From contig CAWCUS010000006.1 of NCBI GenBank assembly GCA_963798845.1, forward strand, positions 512,001-576,000: a stretch of DNA of 64,000 nucleotides, in the 5' to 3' direction. The DNA comes from an uncultured Gemmatimonadales bacterium. Its GTDB lineage: Bacteria > Gemmatimonadota > Gemmatimonadetes > Longimicrobiales > RSA9. The translations under genes and the position numbers were made by a program. A model generated the notes under the pieces. It saw only the letters and a program-made list of their open reading frames with translations. It did no database searches and was not told the origin of the DNA. This document shows positions 1 through 9,239 of this stretch, in pieces (position 1 is the first letter of the stretch; each line of letters opens with the position of its first letter).

Positions 1-864
1 GGCGCCCTCACGCCGCTGCGCGACGACGACTACGTCATCGGCGCCTACCGCGACCACGTCCAGGCCCTGGTCAAGGGGCTCACTCCGCGGCAGGTGATGG
101 CGGAGCTGTACGGCCGCGTGGACGGCTGCTCGACGGGGAAGGGCGGCTCGATGCACATGTTCAGCCGCGAGAAGAACTTCATGGGCGGCTGGGGCATCGT
201 GGGCGGCCAGATCCCGCTCGCCGCAGGGATCGGCTGGAAGATCCGGTACTCGGACGAGGACCGCGTCGTCGTCTGCTTCTTCGGCGAGGCCGCCGTGAAC
301 CAGGGCGCGTTCCACGAGGCCATGAACATGGCGGCGCTCTGGCAGCTCCCGGTGATCTACATCGTGGAGAACAACCGCTTCGGGATGGGCACCGCGTGGG
401 AGCGCGTGGCGTCGCTCTACGACATCGCGCAGAAGGCGTGCGCCTACGCCATGCCGTCGGTGGTCGCGAACGGCATGGACGTCCTGGAGATGCGGCAGAC
501 CGTCGAGCACGCCATCGACCGGGCGCGGGAGAACGGCACGCCCACGCTCATCGAGGCCCAGTGCTACCGCTTCATGGGACACTCCATGTCCGACCCGGTC
601 CACGGCGTCTACCGGACCAGGGAGGACGTGGAGAAGGCGAAGGAGACGGACCCGATCAAGCGCTACATCGACGTGCTCAGGGAAGGCGAACAGATCACGG
701 ACGACGAGCTCCACGCCATGGACGCCGAAGTCCAGAAGGAAGTGGCCGACGCCGCCGAGTTCGCCGAACACTCTCCGGAGCCGGGCGACGACGCCCTTTA
801 CGAGCACGTCTACGCGGACGACGACGTCGCCGGCCGGCTGTATTTCGACGGCCGTCAGCCGTAG
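1..864 (+). CDS. pdhA: Pyruvate dehydrogenase E1 alpha subunit (5'-truncated by window edge)
   Basis: Frame 1 is open from base 1 (GALTPLRDDDYVIGAYRDH). Motifs GKGGSMH, GEAA..N (TPP-binding, GDG variant), ENN and YRFMGHSMSDP. Followed by E1 beta, E2 and E3. Confidence 0.95.
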   Translation, partial: GALTPLRDDDYVIGAYRDHVQALVKGLTPRQVMAELYGRVDGCSTGKGGSMHMFSREKNFMGGWGIVGGQIPLAAGIGWKIRYSDEDRVVVCFFGEAAVNQGAFHEAMNMAALWQLPVIYIVENNRFGMGTAWERVASLYDIAQKACAYAMPSVVANGMDVLEMRQTVEHAIDRARENGTPTLIEAQCYRFMGHSMSDPVHGVYRTREDVEKAKETDPIKRYIDVLREGEQITDDELHAMDAEVQKEVADAAEFAEHSPEPGDDALYEHVYADDDVAGRLYFDGRQP

Positions 865-967
865 CGCGGCGGCCGCAGCGCGCGTCCCGCGACGCCGCGC
901 CGGCGCCGCGCGGTGCGTCCCGCGGCGCGCAGGGCCGCGAGGCCGCAGGACCGAACGAGAGAGCTGA

Positions 968-1954
968 ATGGCACAGATCACCTACCGCGAGGCCCTCAAC
1001 CAGGCGCTCGCCGAAGAGATGGAACGCGACCCCGACGTCTTCCTCATGGGCGAGGAAGTCGGGCTCTACAACGGCGCCTACAAGGTATCGAAGGGGCTGC
1101 TGGACCGGTTCGGGGAGAAGCGCGTGGTGGACACGCCCATCACGGAGCTCGGCTTCGCCGGCCTGGGCGTGGGCGCGGCCATGGCCGGGCTGCGGCCGGT
1201 GATCGAGTTCATGACCTTCAACTTCGCCATGCTGGCGGAGGACCAGATCTTCAACAGCGCCGCCAAGATGCTGTACATGAGCGGCGGCCAGTTCAACTGC
1301 CCGATCGTGTTCCGCGGCCCGACCGGGGCGGCGCTGCAGCTGAGCGCGCAGCACTCGCAGGCGCTGGAGCCCACGTACGCGTACTTCCCCGGCCTCAAGG
1401 TGGTGACGCCCGGCACGCCGGCGGACGCGAAGGGGCTGCTCAAGGCCTCGATCCGCGACGACGACCCCGTCGCCTTCTTCGAAGGGGAGATGCTGTACGC
1501 GTTGAAGGGAGAGGTGCCGGACGACGACGATTTCGTCATCCCGCTGGGGCAGGCCGAGGTGAAGCACGAGGGAGACGACGTGACGATCATCACCCACGGC
1601 AAGATGATCCACGTCGCGCTCCAGGCCGCGGCGGACCTGGCCACGGACGGCGTGGGCGCCGAAGTCGTGGACCTGCGCACCCTCCGGCCGCTGGACGTGG
1701 ACACCATCGCCCGCTCCGTCCAGAAGACGAACCGCGCGGTCTACCTCGAGGAGGGGTGGGCGTTCGCGGGGATCGCGAACAGCGTGATCGGGATCATCCA
1801 GGAGGAGCTGTTCGACTACCTGGACGCGCCCGTGCTGCGGGTCGGGCAGGCGGACGTGCCGATGCCGTACGCGAAGCGGCTGGAGAAGCTGGCCAAGCCG
1901 TCGAAGGAGCGGGTGGTGGAGGCGTGTAATCGCGTGATGTACAGGAAGGTGTAG
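968..1954 (+). CDS. pdhB: Pyruvate dehydrogenase E1 beta subunit
   Basis: GEEV, DTPITE, EFMTFNF and AQHSQ motifs; operon context. Confidence 0.95.
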   Translation: MAQITYREALNQALAEEMERDPDVFLMGEEVGLYNGAYKVSKGLLDRFGEKRVVDTPITELGFAGLGVGAAMAGLRPVIEFMTFNFAMLAEDQIFNSAAKMLYMSGGQFNCPIVFRGPTGAALQLSAQHSQALEPTYAYFPGLKVVTPGTPADAKGLLKASIRDDDPVAFFEGEMLYALKGEVPDDDDFVIPLGQAEVKHEGDDVTIITHGKMIHVALQAAADLATDGVGAEVVDLRTLRPLDVDTIARSVQKTNRAVYLEEGWAFAGIANSVIGIIQEELFDYLDAPVLRVGQADVPMPYAKRLEKLAKPSKERVVEACNRVMYRKV

Positions 1955-1974
1955 GGGGGGGCGCTCGCGCTGCG

Positions 1975-2108
1975 CGCTCGCTGTCGGTCGCTCGCTGCGC
2001 TCGCTGTCGATCGCTCGCTCCGCTCGCTTTCGATCGCCGCGCTTCGCGCGAGGCTTTCGATCGCTCGCTGCGCGCTCGCTTTCGATCGCTCGCTACGCTC
2101 GCTTTCGG
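1975..2108. repeat. Imperfect ~23-bp tandem repeat, 5-6 copies, consensus CGCTCGCTTTCGATCGCTCGCTN
   Basis: Units start at 1975, 1998, 2021, ~2047, 2073 and 2096 (partial) in the pdhB-pdhC intergenic region. Confidence 0.85.
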
Positions 2109-2185
2109 AACTGCGGGCGGGGCGGGGCGGGCGGGGCACGGGGACGGGGAGTTGCGGGGCAGACGCCATTTCGCGGGGAGGATAG

Positions 2186-3646
2186 ATGGCCACGAAAGTC
2201 CACATGGAGGCGCTGTCCCCGACCATGGAGGAGGGGCAGCTGGTCCGCTGGCTGAAGGGCGAGGGTGACGAGGTCGCCGACGGGGACGTGCTCGCCGAGA
2301 TCGAGACGGACAAGGCCACCATGGAGCTCGTGGCCCGGGGCTCGGGCGTGCTGCGCAAGCGCATCCTCGCGGAGGGGGACACCGCGCCCGTCGGCACCGT
2401 GATCGGCGTGATCGCGGCGGCGGACGAGGACATCTCCGGGATCGTGGACGAGCCGGCGGAGACGCGGAAGGCGGCCCGTGCCGCGGAAGGCGCCGAGGAG
2501 GAGGCGAAGGCCGAGGCGGAGGCGGAGACGGGGGCCGGGGCGGCCGCGGGCTCGTCGGGTGGATCGGAGACGGCCGAGCCCGCGGTAGTGGAGGCGAAAG
2601 GCGCCGGCCCCGTAGCGGAGGCGAAAGGCGCCGGCGCGGAAGCGGAGGCGAAAGGCGCCGGCGCGGAAGCGGGCGCGTCGCGGGGCGGGAACGGCCGCGT
2701 GAAGGCGTCTCCGCTGGCCCGGCGTCTTGCCGACGAGGCGGGGCTGGAGCTGGCGCGGGTCGAGGGGTCCGGCCCTGGCGGCCGCATCACCAGGCGGGAC
2801 ATCGAGGCGGCGCTCGAGCACGGAGTCGCGGCCTCGCCCGCGGCAGCCGGGGCGGGTGCGGGCGGCGGGGCGGAGGGGGGCGGCGGCGGAGCGGCCGTCG
2901 GGGCAGGGGGCGCCGCGGGCACGGCCGGCCGGTTCGCGCAGCCGGTGTACCAGGGGCCGGAGGTGGAGGAAGTCCCGGTCACCCAGATGCGGAAGACCAT
3001 CGCCAGGCGGCTGGTCACGAGCATCGGCCCCGTCCCGACGTTCTACCTGACCGTGGACGTGGACATGACGCGCATGATGGAAGCGCGCGAGCGGATGAAC
3101 GCGGCACTGGAGGAGCAGGGGCTCAAGGTCAGCGTGAACGACCTGCTCATCAAGGCGACGGCGCTCGCGCTCAAGCGGCATCCGGAAGTCAACGCCGCCT
3201 GGCACGACGACCACATCAAGCGCTACCACCGCGTCCACATGGGCGTGGCGGTGGCCGTGGAGGCCGGCCTGATCACCCCCGTGGTGCGCGATGCCGACCT
3301 GAAGGGCGCCGCGCAGATCGGTGCGGAGGTGCGCCAGATGGCGGCCCGGGCAAGGGAGCGGAAGCTCCAGCCGGAAGAGTACACGGGCGCCACCTTCTCC
3401 ATCTCGAACCTCGGCATGTTCGGGATCGAGGAGTTCACGGCCATCATCAACCCGCCCGAGGCCGCCATCCTGGCGGTCGGGAAGGTGGAGGAGCGGGTGG
3501 TGGTGGAGGACGGCGAGGCGATGATCGCCCCGCGGATGAAGATGACGATGAGCTGCGACCACCGCGTGGTGGACGGCGCCACCGGAGCGCGCTTTCTCCA
3601 GACGCTGACCGGGTTCCTGGAGGAGCCGGCCATGGTGCTGGCGTAG
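2186..3646 (+). CDS. pdhC: Dihydrolipoamide acetyltransferase E2 with one lipoyl domain
   Basis: Lipoyl ETDKA, subunit-binding ASPLARRLA and catalytic DHRVVDG; GGAGG RBS upstream. Confidence 0.95.
   Translation: MATKVHMEALSPTMEEGQLVRWLKGEGDEVADGDVLAEIETDKATMELVARGSGVLRKRILAEGDTAPVGTVIGVIAAADEDISGIVDEPAETRKAARAAEGAEEEAKAEAEAETGAGAAAGSSGGSETAEPAVVEAKGAGPVAEAKGAGAEAEAKGAGAEAGASRGGNGRVKASPLARRLADEAGLELARVEGSGPGGRITRRDIEAALEHGVAASPAAAGAGAGGGAEGGGGGAAVGAGGAAGTAGRFAQPVYQGPEVEEVPVTQMRKTIARRLVTSIGPVPTFYLTVDVDMTRMMEARERMNAALEEQGLKVSVNDLLIKATALALKRHPEVNAAWHDDHIKRYHRVHMGVAVAVEAGLITPVVRDADLKGAAQIGAEVRQMAARARERKLQPEEYTGATFSISNLGMFGIEEFTAIINPPEAAILAVGKVEERVVVEDGEAMIAPRMKMTMSCDHRVVDGATGARFLQTLTGFLEEPAMVLA
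2591..2671 (+). repeat. 27-bp x3 in-frame repeat (EAKGAGxxA) in the E2 linker
   Basis: GAGGCGAAAGGCGCCGGC occurs at 2591, 2618 and 2645. Confidence 0.85.
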
Positions 3647-3758
3647 GGCGGCCATGGTGCTGGCGCAGGGTGGCGATGGTGCTGGCCCGAAGCGGCGATG
3701 GTGCTGGCCCAGGGTGGCGATGGTGCTGGCCCAGGGCGGCACCGGTGCTGGCCCAGGG
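3627..3758. repeat. 22-bp x6 tandem repeat starting within the pdhC 3' end
   Basis: Units YGGCSATGGTGCTGGCSYAGGG at 3627, 3649, 3671, 3693, 3715 and 3737; the first unit contains the pdhC TAG. Confidence 0.92.
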
Positions 3759-3793
3759 GCCGTCCGATCCGGCGCGCGCGCGCGGACGTGCGG

Positions 3794-3822
3794 TGGACCT
3801 TGACAGCGGCGGCGCATAGAAT
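3794..3822 (+). promoter_or_regulatory. Possible sigma70-type promoter for lpdA
   Basis: TGGACC-N17-TAGAAT ending about 45 bp upstream of the GTG start. Confidence 0.35.
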
Positions 3823-3866
3823 CGGTGCAGGGCGTTTGGGGCGAGTCAACGAACCGGCGAGGCATA

Positions 3867-5300
3867 GTGGCGGAACAGTACAATGTGGTGGTGATCGGCG
3901 GCGGTCCGGGCGGCTACGTCGCGGCGATCCGGGCGGCGCAGCTCGGGATGAAGGTGGCGTGCGTGGAGGCGCAGAAGCTGGGCGGGGTGTGCAACAACTG
4001 GGGGTGCATCCCGACCAAGGCCATGCTCGAGAGCGCCCGGTACGCGAAGAAGGTGGGCGAGCTGGGCGATTTCGGCATCACTGTGGGTGACGTCAAGCTG
4101 GACATCGGCGTTGCGGCCACGCGGGCGGCGGAGGTGGCGGGGCAGGGGGCGAAGGGGACGGCCTACCTGTTCAAGAAGAACGGTGTGGAGCACATCGCCG
4201 GCTGGGGCCGGATCGTCGGCAGGGGGCAGGTGGAGGTCTCGCCCGGGAAGAACGCGGGCCACGGCGACGAAGCGCCGGAGTCGAAGGGGGAGAAGAAGAC
4301 GCTCCAGGCGAAGAACATCATCGTCGCCACGGGGTCGCGGCCGAAGTCGCTGCCCATGCTGAAGATCGACGGCGACCGGGTGTGGAGCAGCGACCACGCG
4401 GTGTACGCGCCGGAAGCGCCCAGGTCCATCGGGATCATCGGGGCGGGCGCCATCGGGATGGAGTTCGCCGACGTGTTCGCCTCGTTCGGCTCGGACGTGA
4501 CGATCATCGAAGCGCTGGACCGCATCCTCCCGCTGGAGGACGAGGAGTCGTCGAAGGCGGTGGCGCGGGCGTACAGGAAGCGCGGCATCACGCTCATGGA
4601 GGGCGCGCGGCTGGAGAAGGCCGAGGTCATGAAGACCAAGGTCAAGCTGTCGGTGAAGACGAAGAAGGGCGAGACCGAGCAGGTGGACGTGGAGCGGGTG
4701 CTGGTGGCCGTGGGGCGCGCCCCGATCACGGACGACATCGGGCTCGAGAAGGCCGGCGTGGAGCTGGAGAACGGCTTCGTCAGGATCGACTCGAAGATGC
4801 GGACGAACGTCGAGGGGATCTACGCCATCGGCGACTGCGCGGGACCGCCGCTGCTGGCGCACAAGGCGTCGCACGAGGGGATCGCGGCCGTCGAGGGCAT
4901 GGCCGGCGACGAGCACGCGGGCGTCGACTACGGCAACATCCCGGCGGTGACGTACTGCCACCCGGAAGTGGCCTCGTGCGGGATGACGGAAGCGCAGGCG
5001 AAGGAGGCGGGGCACGAGATCGACGTGGGCAGGTTCCCGTTCAGCGCCAACGGCCGCGCGCGCACGGCGGGGGAGACGGACGGGTTCGTGAAGATCATCC
5101 GGGACCGCAAGTACGGCGAGGTGCTTGGCGCCCACATCGTCGGGCCGCACGCCAGCGAGCTGATCGGCGAGCTGATCGTGGGGCGGCACCTGGAGACCAC
5201 GGCGGAGGAGATGGACCGGGCCATGCATCCCCATCCGACACTGTCGGAGGCGATCGCCGAGGCCGCGCTGGCCTCCCTGGGACACGCGCTCCACATCTGA
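3867..5300 (+). CDS. lpdA: Dihydrolipoamide dehydrogenase E3
   Basis: GGGPGG FAD motif, GGVCNNWGCIP redox disulfide, GAGAIG and HPHPTLSE; start placed at GTG 3867. Confidence 0.95.
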   Translation: MAEQYNVVVIGGGPGGYVAAIRAAQLGMKVACVEAQKLGGVCNNWGCIPTKAMLESARYAKKVGELGDFGITVGDVKLDIGVAATRAAEVAGQGAKGTAYLFKKNGVEHIAGWGRIVGRGQVEVSPGKNAGHGDEAPESKGEKKTLQAKNIIVATGSRPKSLPMLKIDGDRVWSSDHAVYAPEAPRSIGIIGAGAIGMEFADVFASFGSDVTIIEALDRILPLEDEESSKAVARAYRKRGITLMEGARLEKAEVMKTKVKLSVKTKKGETEQVDVERVLVAVGRAPITDDIGLEKAGVELENGFVRIDSKMRTNVEGIYAIGDCAGPPLLAHKASHEGIAAVEGMAGDEHAGVDYGNIPAVTYCHPEVASCGMTEAQAKEAGHEIDVGRFPFSANGRARTAGETDGFVKIIRDRKYGEVLGAHIVGPHASELIGELIVGRHLETTAEEMDRAMHPHPTLSEAIAEAALASLGHALHI

Positions 5301-5317
5301 TGCGAAAGGAAGATGGC

Positions 5318-5872
5318 ATGCACGGTCACCGGCGACCCCTCGTGGGCACGGTCCTCTCGATCCTGGCCCTGTCCGCCGCCGCCGGCCTGGCCGGGTGCGG
5401 CGACAACAACCCAACGGAGCTGCAGATCCAGCCGGAGATGGTGGGGATCTACAGCCTCACCGCGCTCCGCTTCGATCCGCAGGGGTCGGCGCCGGAGGGG
5501 AACGTTCTGCCGCTGATCCAGGGCTCGCAGCCGCAGCTGGTGATCTCCCAGACGGGGGTGTTCCAGATCGCGTTCGTGGACCCGAACACGCACCTCATCC
5601 GGACCGCCAGCGGCAACGTGTCGCGCACGGGGAACGGGCTGCGGCTGGTGTTCGGAAGCCAGACCGCCGCAGACGAGCTCCTGCTGCCGCATCGGCTCGA
5701 GCTGACCTGGGACGCGGGCGCGAGCACGCTCACCTTCACCGGCCTGGCGGACGTCTCGCGCGCGCGCCTGCTCGAGCTGTTCCCGGATCTCTACGCCGAC
5801 GAGCAGCTGTTCGATCCGGTGCCGGGGACGCTCACCGTGGCGTTCCAGAAACGGTCGGACTCGGGGCTGTAG
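5318..5872 (+). CDS. Hypothetical lipoprotein
   Basis: RBS AAGGAAG, signal peptide with lipobox LAG-C, beta-rich mature part. This is the C-terminal part of ORF 4382..5872. Confidence 0.75.
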   Translation: MHGHRRPLVGTVLSILALSAAAGLAGCGDNNPTELQIQPEMVGIYSLTALRFDPQGSAPEGNVLPLIQGSQPQLVISQTGVFQIAFVDPNTHLIRTASGNVSRTGNGLRLVFGSQTAADELLLPHRLELTWDAGASTLTFTGLADVSRARLLELFPDLYADEQLFDPVPGTLTVAFQKRSDSGL

Positions 5873-5888
5873 CAGCCGGGAGGCGGCA

Positions 5889-6950
5889 CTACCGGGAGCG
5901 CGTCCGGGGCGCGAGCACGATGCTCCCCGCCTTCCCCTCGAACAGCGCGCCGATCACGGCGGGCGAGGCCGGACCACGGGTCAGCTCCGCGACCAGCGCG
6001 GCGGCCCCGCGGGCCGGCAGGGCGATGAGAAGGCCGCCCGACGTCTGGGCGTCCGTGAGGAGCGTGCGCGTGGTGCCGTCCGTGTCGCCCCAGTCGACGT
6101 GCGCGTCGACATCGGCCTGGTTCCGCCCGGTGCCGGCGGGTACGTGACCGGCCTCCACGAGGGGGCGGACGCCGGGGAGGAGCGGCACCGCGCCGGGGTC
6201 GATGCGCGCCGCCAGGCCGCTGGCGAGCGCCAGCTCGCGCAGGTGGCCGAGGAGCCCGAAGCCCGAGACGTCGGTGCACGCGTGCACGTCGTGGCGCCGC
6301 ATGGCGTCGGCGGCGCGTCGGTTGAGCGCGCTCATGCTGGCGACGGCGGCGTCCAGCACGCCGGGCGGCGCCGCCCCCGCCTTCACCGCCGTCCCGACGA
6401 TCCCGGTGCCCAGCGGCTTGGTCAGCACCAGGACGTCTCCCGCGCGCGCCGTCGAGTTCCGCACCACCGCGTCCGGCGCCACCTCCCCCACCACGCACAG
6501 CCCGTACTTGGGCTCCGGGTCGTCGATCGAATGGCCGCCCAGCACGGCCGCGCCCGCTTCCCGGACGACGGCACCGCCTCCCTCCAGGATCCGCTCCAGG
6601 ATCCCCTCCCCCAGGAGCGCCCGGGGGAACGCCACCAGGTTCAGCGCCAGCAGCGGCTTCCCGCCCATGGCGTAGACGTCCGACAGCGCGTTCGCCGCGG
6701 CGATCCGGCCGAAGTCGTACGGATCGTCCACGATGGGCGTGAAGAAATCCGCGGTCACGACCAGGGCGCGGCCCTCGTCGAGACGGTAGACGGCGGCATC
6801 GTCGGCGGTGGTCGCGTCCACCAGCACCGCCGGGTCGTCCACCGGGAGGAATCGACGCAGCACGTGCGCCAGCTCGGCAGAGCCGAGCTTGCACGCTCAG
6901 CCGGCGCCGTGGCTCAGCGCAGTCAGCCGCACGATCTCGTGACTTGACAT
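5889..6950 (-). CDS. selD: Selenide, water dikinase (selenophosphate synthetase), selenoprotein with Sec at codon 18
   Basis: ATG 6950 reads MSSHEIVRLTALSHGAG-UGA-ACKLGSAEL in frame into the 324-aa ORF (DDAAVY, DFFTP, ANALSDVYAMGG, DVSGFGL, DAQTSGG). The TGA is at 6899-6897. Confidence 0.95.
6863..6895 (-). promoter_or_regulatory. Putative bacterial SECIS hairpin 3' of the selD UGA
   Basis: mRNA CGUGC-A-AGCUCGGC-UCU-GCCGAGCU-GGC-GCACG: a perfect 8-bp upper stem and a 5-bp lower stem. Confidence 0.7.
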
Positions 6951-6995
6951 GCGTGATGGTAGGGCGGCTGCCGGCGCCTCGAAAGGGCGCCCGCC

Positions 6996-7011
6996 GGGAA
7001 CGGATGTTGCC
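6996..7011 (+). promoter_or_regulatory. Sigma54-like promoter (GGGAAC-GGATG-TTGCC)
   Basis: GG-N10-GC with TTGC, about 30 bp upstream of the ATG at 7042, which has an AGGAGG RBS. Confidence 0.5.
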
Positions 7012-7041
7012 CCTCTGGACGGCCCAGCAAAGGAGGCGACG

Positions 7042-7389
7042 ATGAAGGACCCCGATATGCCGGAATTCACCAACGCCGAGGGCCTTTCCCTGGCGCTGAA
7101 CTACCTGCACGATCCCTCCGACGTCCCCTGTCCCGCGTGCGGGCCGGGGACCATGGAGGTCATCGCCTATCTGGACGCCGACCGCATCGAGGACGGCGTG
7201 GTGAGCGCGGCCGAGCCGGACGGCGACTACACCGTGGTCCTGTACTGCCACGACTGCAAGCGCGCCGCGGCGCTCGACCTGAGTCCGGGCTCCACCGGAG
7301 GCGGCGGACCGGGAGGGTTGCCGGGCGGCGGCGGGCCATCCGGCGGCCCGGCCGGGAGCGGCGGCGGCGAGGACCGGCGCGCGGCCTGA
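7042..7389 (+). CDS. Small Zn-ribbon-like protein (CPAC...CHDC) with Gly-rich tail
   Basis: AGGAGG RBS and two CxxC pairs. Confidence 0.75.
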   Translation: MKDPDMPEFTNAEGLSLALNYLHDPSDVPCPACGPGTMEVIAYLDADRIEDGVVSAAEPDGDYTVVLYCHDCKRAAALDLSPGSTGGGGPGGLPGGGGPSGGPAGSGGGEDRRAA

Positions 7390-7466
7390 CGGCCGTCCCG
7401 CGGCTCCGCCCGGGCGCGGCCCGTCGCACGTTGCCCGGGTGGACGGGGGCGGCTTAGGTTGACGCC

Positions 7467-8291
7467 ATGAGCATGAGCCCCAGACTCAGGCTGGCCGACC
7501 TGGTCTCCCGCCCCGAGCCGCAGATCGACCTGGCGGTGGGCGCGCTCCTGATCGCCACGGAGGAGTATCCGCAGCTGCGGATCGCGCCCTACCTGAGGCG
7601 GCTGGACCTGCTGGCGCAGCGGGTGCAGGACCGGCTGGGCGGGGAGAGCGCGCCGCCGGTCGTGCTGCAGGAGCTGTGCGCAGTGCTGTTCGAGGAGGAG
7701 AGCTTCGCCGGGAACGCGGACGCGTACTACGACCCGCGCAACTCGTTCCTGAACGACGTCCTGGATCGGCGGCTGGGCATCCCGATCACGCTGGGCATCG
7801 TGATGCTGGAAGTCGGGCGACGGCTGCGGCTGCCGCTGGTGGGGATCAATTTCCCGGGACACTTCCTGGTCCGCTACGAGGGGGAGGTGGCGCGTCTGCT
7901 GGTGGACCCGTTCGACTCGGGGCGCGTGCGCTGGGAGGACGAGGGGCAGGACCTCCTGGACCGGGTGTACGGGGGGATGGTGACCATGCGGCCGGAGTTC
8001 CTGCAGCCGGCGACCAAGGTGGACATCCTCGCGCGCGTGCTCACCAACCTGAAGGGCATCTACCTGAACAGCCGCGACGACCCGCGGGCGCTGGCGGCCG
8101 TCGACCGCATCCTCATGCTGCGCCCGGGTGCCGCGGTGGAGCTGCGGGACCGGGGGCTGCTCCTCGCCCGCACCGGCCGCCGGGACGAGGCGGTCGCGGA
8201 CCTGGAGCGCTACCTCGACAACGCGCCATCGGCGCCCGACGCGCAGCGCGTGCGCTCCCTCATCTCGGACCTGTCGCGTCCGCACCCGTGA
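7467..8291 (+). CDS. SirB1-family transglutaminase-like plus TPR protein
   Basis: YYDPRNSFLNDVLDRRLGIPI, NFPGHFL and DPF motifs, C-terminal TPR with RDRG. Confidence 0.88.
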   Translation: MSMSPRLRLADLVSRPEPQIDLAVGALLIATEEYPQLRIAPYLRRLDLLAQRVQDRLGGESAPPVVLQELCAVLFEEESFAGNADAYYDPRNSFLNDVLDRRLGIPITLGIVMLEVGRRLRLPLVGINFPGHFLVRYEGEVARLLVDPFDSGRVRWEDEGQDLLDRVYGGMVTMRPEFLQPATKVDILARVLTNLKGIYLNSRDDPRALAAVDRILMLRPGAAVELRDRGLLLARTGRRDEAVADLERYLDNAPSAPDAQRVRSLISDLSRPHP

Positions 8292-9232
8292 CGCCGCCGA
8301 TCTTCCTCGAGCGCTCCCGCGGGGTTCTCGCGGTCCGCGGTCGCGACCCCGTGCGCATGATCCACGGCCTTGCCAGCGCCGACATCCGAGCGGCCACGGC
8401 CACGCAGGGCGTGTACACCACCTTCCTCACGCCCAGGGGGAAGATGGTGGCCGACGCGCGCGTCTTCGCGCGGACCGGCCCGGGGGGCGAGGCCTGGCTG
8501 CTGCTGGACGTGGCGCCCGACGCGCTGGAGCCGCTCCAGGAGCACCTGCGCAGGTACGTGCCGCCGCTGTTCGCGCGGGCGGAGGACGTGAGCGAGGCGT
8601 GGGCGGTGGTGGGGGTCTACGGCGGGGGCGCGAGCGAGGTGGCGGCCACCGTGGCGGCAGGCTGCGAGCCGGGGTCGCCGGAAGAGCGGGTCGTGTCGCT
8701 GGACGGCGACGAGGACGGGTTCGCCGTCCATACGCTGCTCACGGGCGACGACGGCTGGGACGTCTTCGTCCCGGCCGGCCGCGCGGGCAGCGTCGGCGAC
8801 GCGATGGTCGCCGCGGGCGCGCGCCCGGGCGCCCCCGAGACGCTGGAAGCGCTCCGCGTCGCGGCGGGACGGCCGCGCTGGGGGCGGGAGCTCACGGCGG
8901 AGGTGATCCCGCTGGAAGCCGGCCTGCTCGAGCGCGCGATCAGCCAGACCAAGGGGTGCTACACGGGGCAGGAAGTGATCGTCCGGATCCTGCACCGGGG
9001 GCACGTCAACCGCGAGCTGCGCCGCCTCGAGTTCGCCGAAGGCGCGCCGCCTGTGGGAACGGAGCTGTTCGACCCGGAGACGGGGCGGTCGAGGGGTGTG
9101 GTGACGAGCGCGGTGGAGAACCCGGCCGGCGCGCTGGGGCTCGGCTACGTGCGCCGGGAGGTGGAGCCGCCGGCGCAGCTGCGCGCGGGGTCGCCCGAAG
9201 GCGCCCCGGTCAACGTGCACGCGCTCGACTGA
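8288..9232 (+). CDS. ygfZ: YgfZ/GcvT-family folate-binding protein
   Basis: KGCYTGQE signature and LTPRGK; GTG start overlaps the upstream TGA. Confidence 0.88.
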   Translation: MTPPIFLERSRGVLAVRGRDPVRMIHGLASADIRAATATQGVYTTFLTPRGKMVADARVFARTGPGGEAWLLLDVAPDALEPLQEHLRRYVPPLFARAEDVSEAWAVVGVYGGGASEVAATVAAGCEPGSPEERVVSLDGDEDGFAVHTLLTGDDGWDVFVPAGRAGSVGDAMVAAGARPGAPETLEALRVAAGRPRWGRELTAEVIPLEAGLLERAISQTKGCYTGQEVIVRILHRGHVNRELRRLEFAEGAPPVGTELFDPETGRSRGVVTSAVENPAGALGLGYVRREVEPPAQLRAGSPEGAPVNVHALD

Positions 9233-9239
9233 GCGCGGC

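Noticed and set aside
3627..3758. Possible CRISPR array (also 1975-2108)
   Set aside because: Units are contiguous with no unique spacers, and there are no cas genes.
6897..6899. selD as a pseudogene with a premature stop
   Set aside because: The UGA falls exactly at the catalytic Cys/Sec position and is followed by a hairpin.
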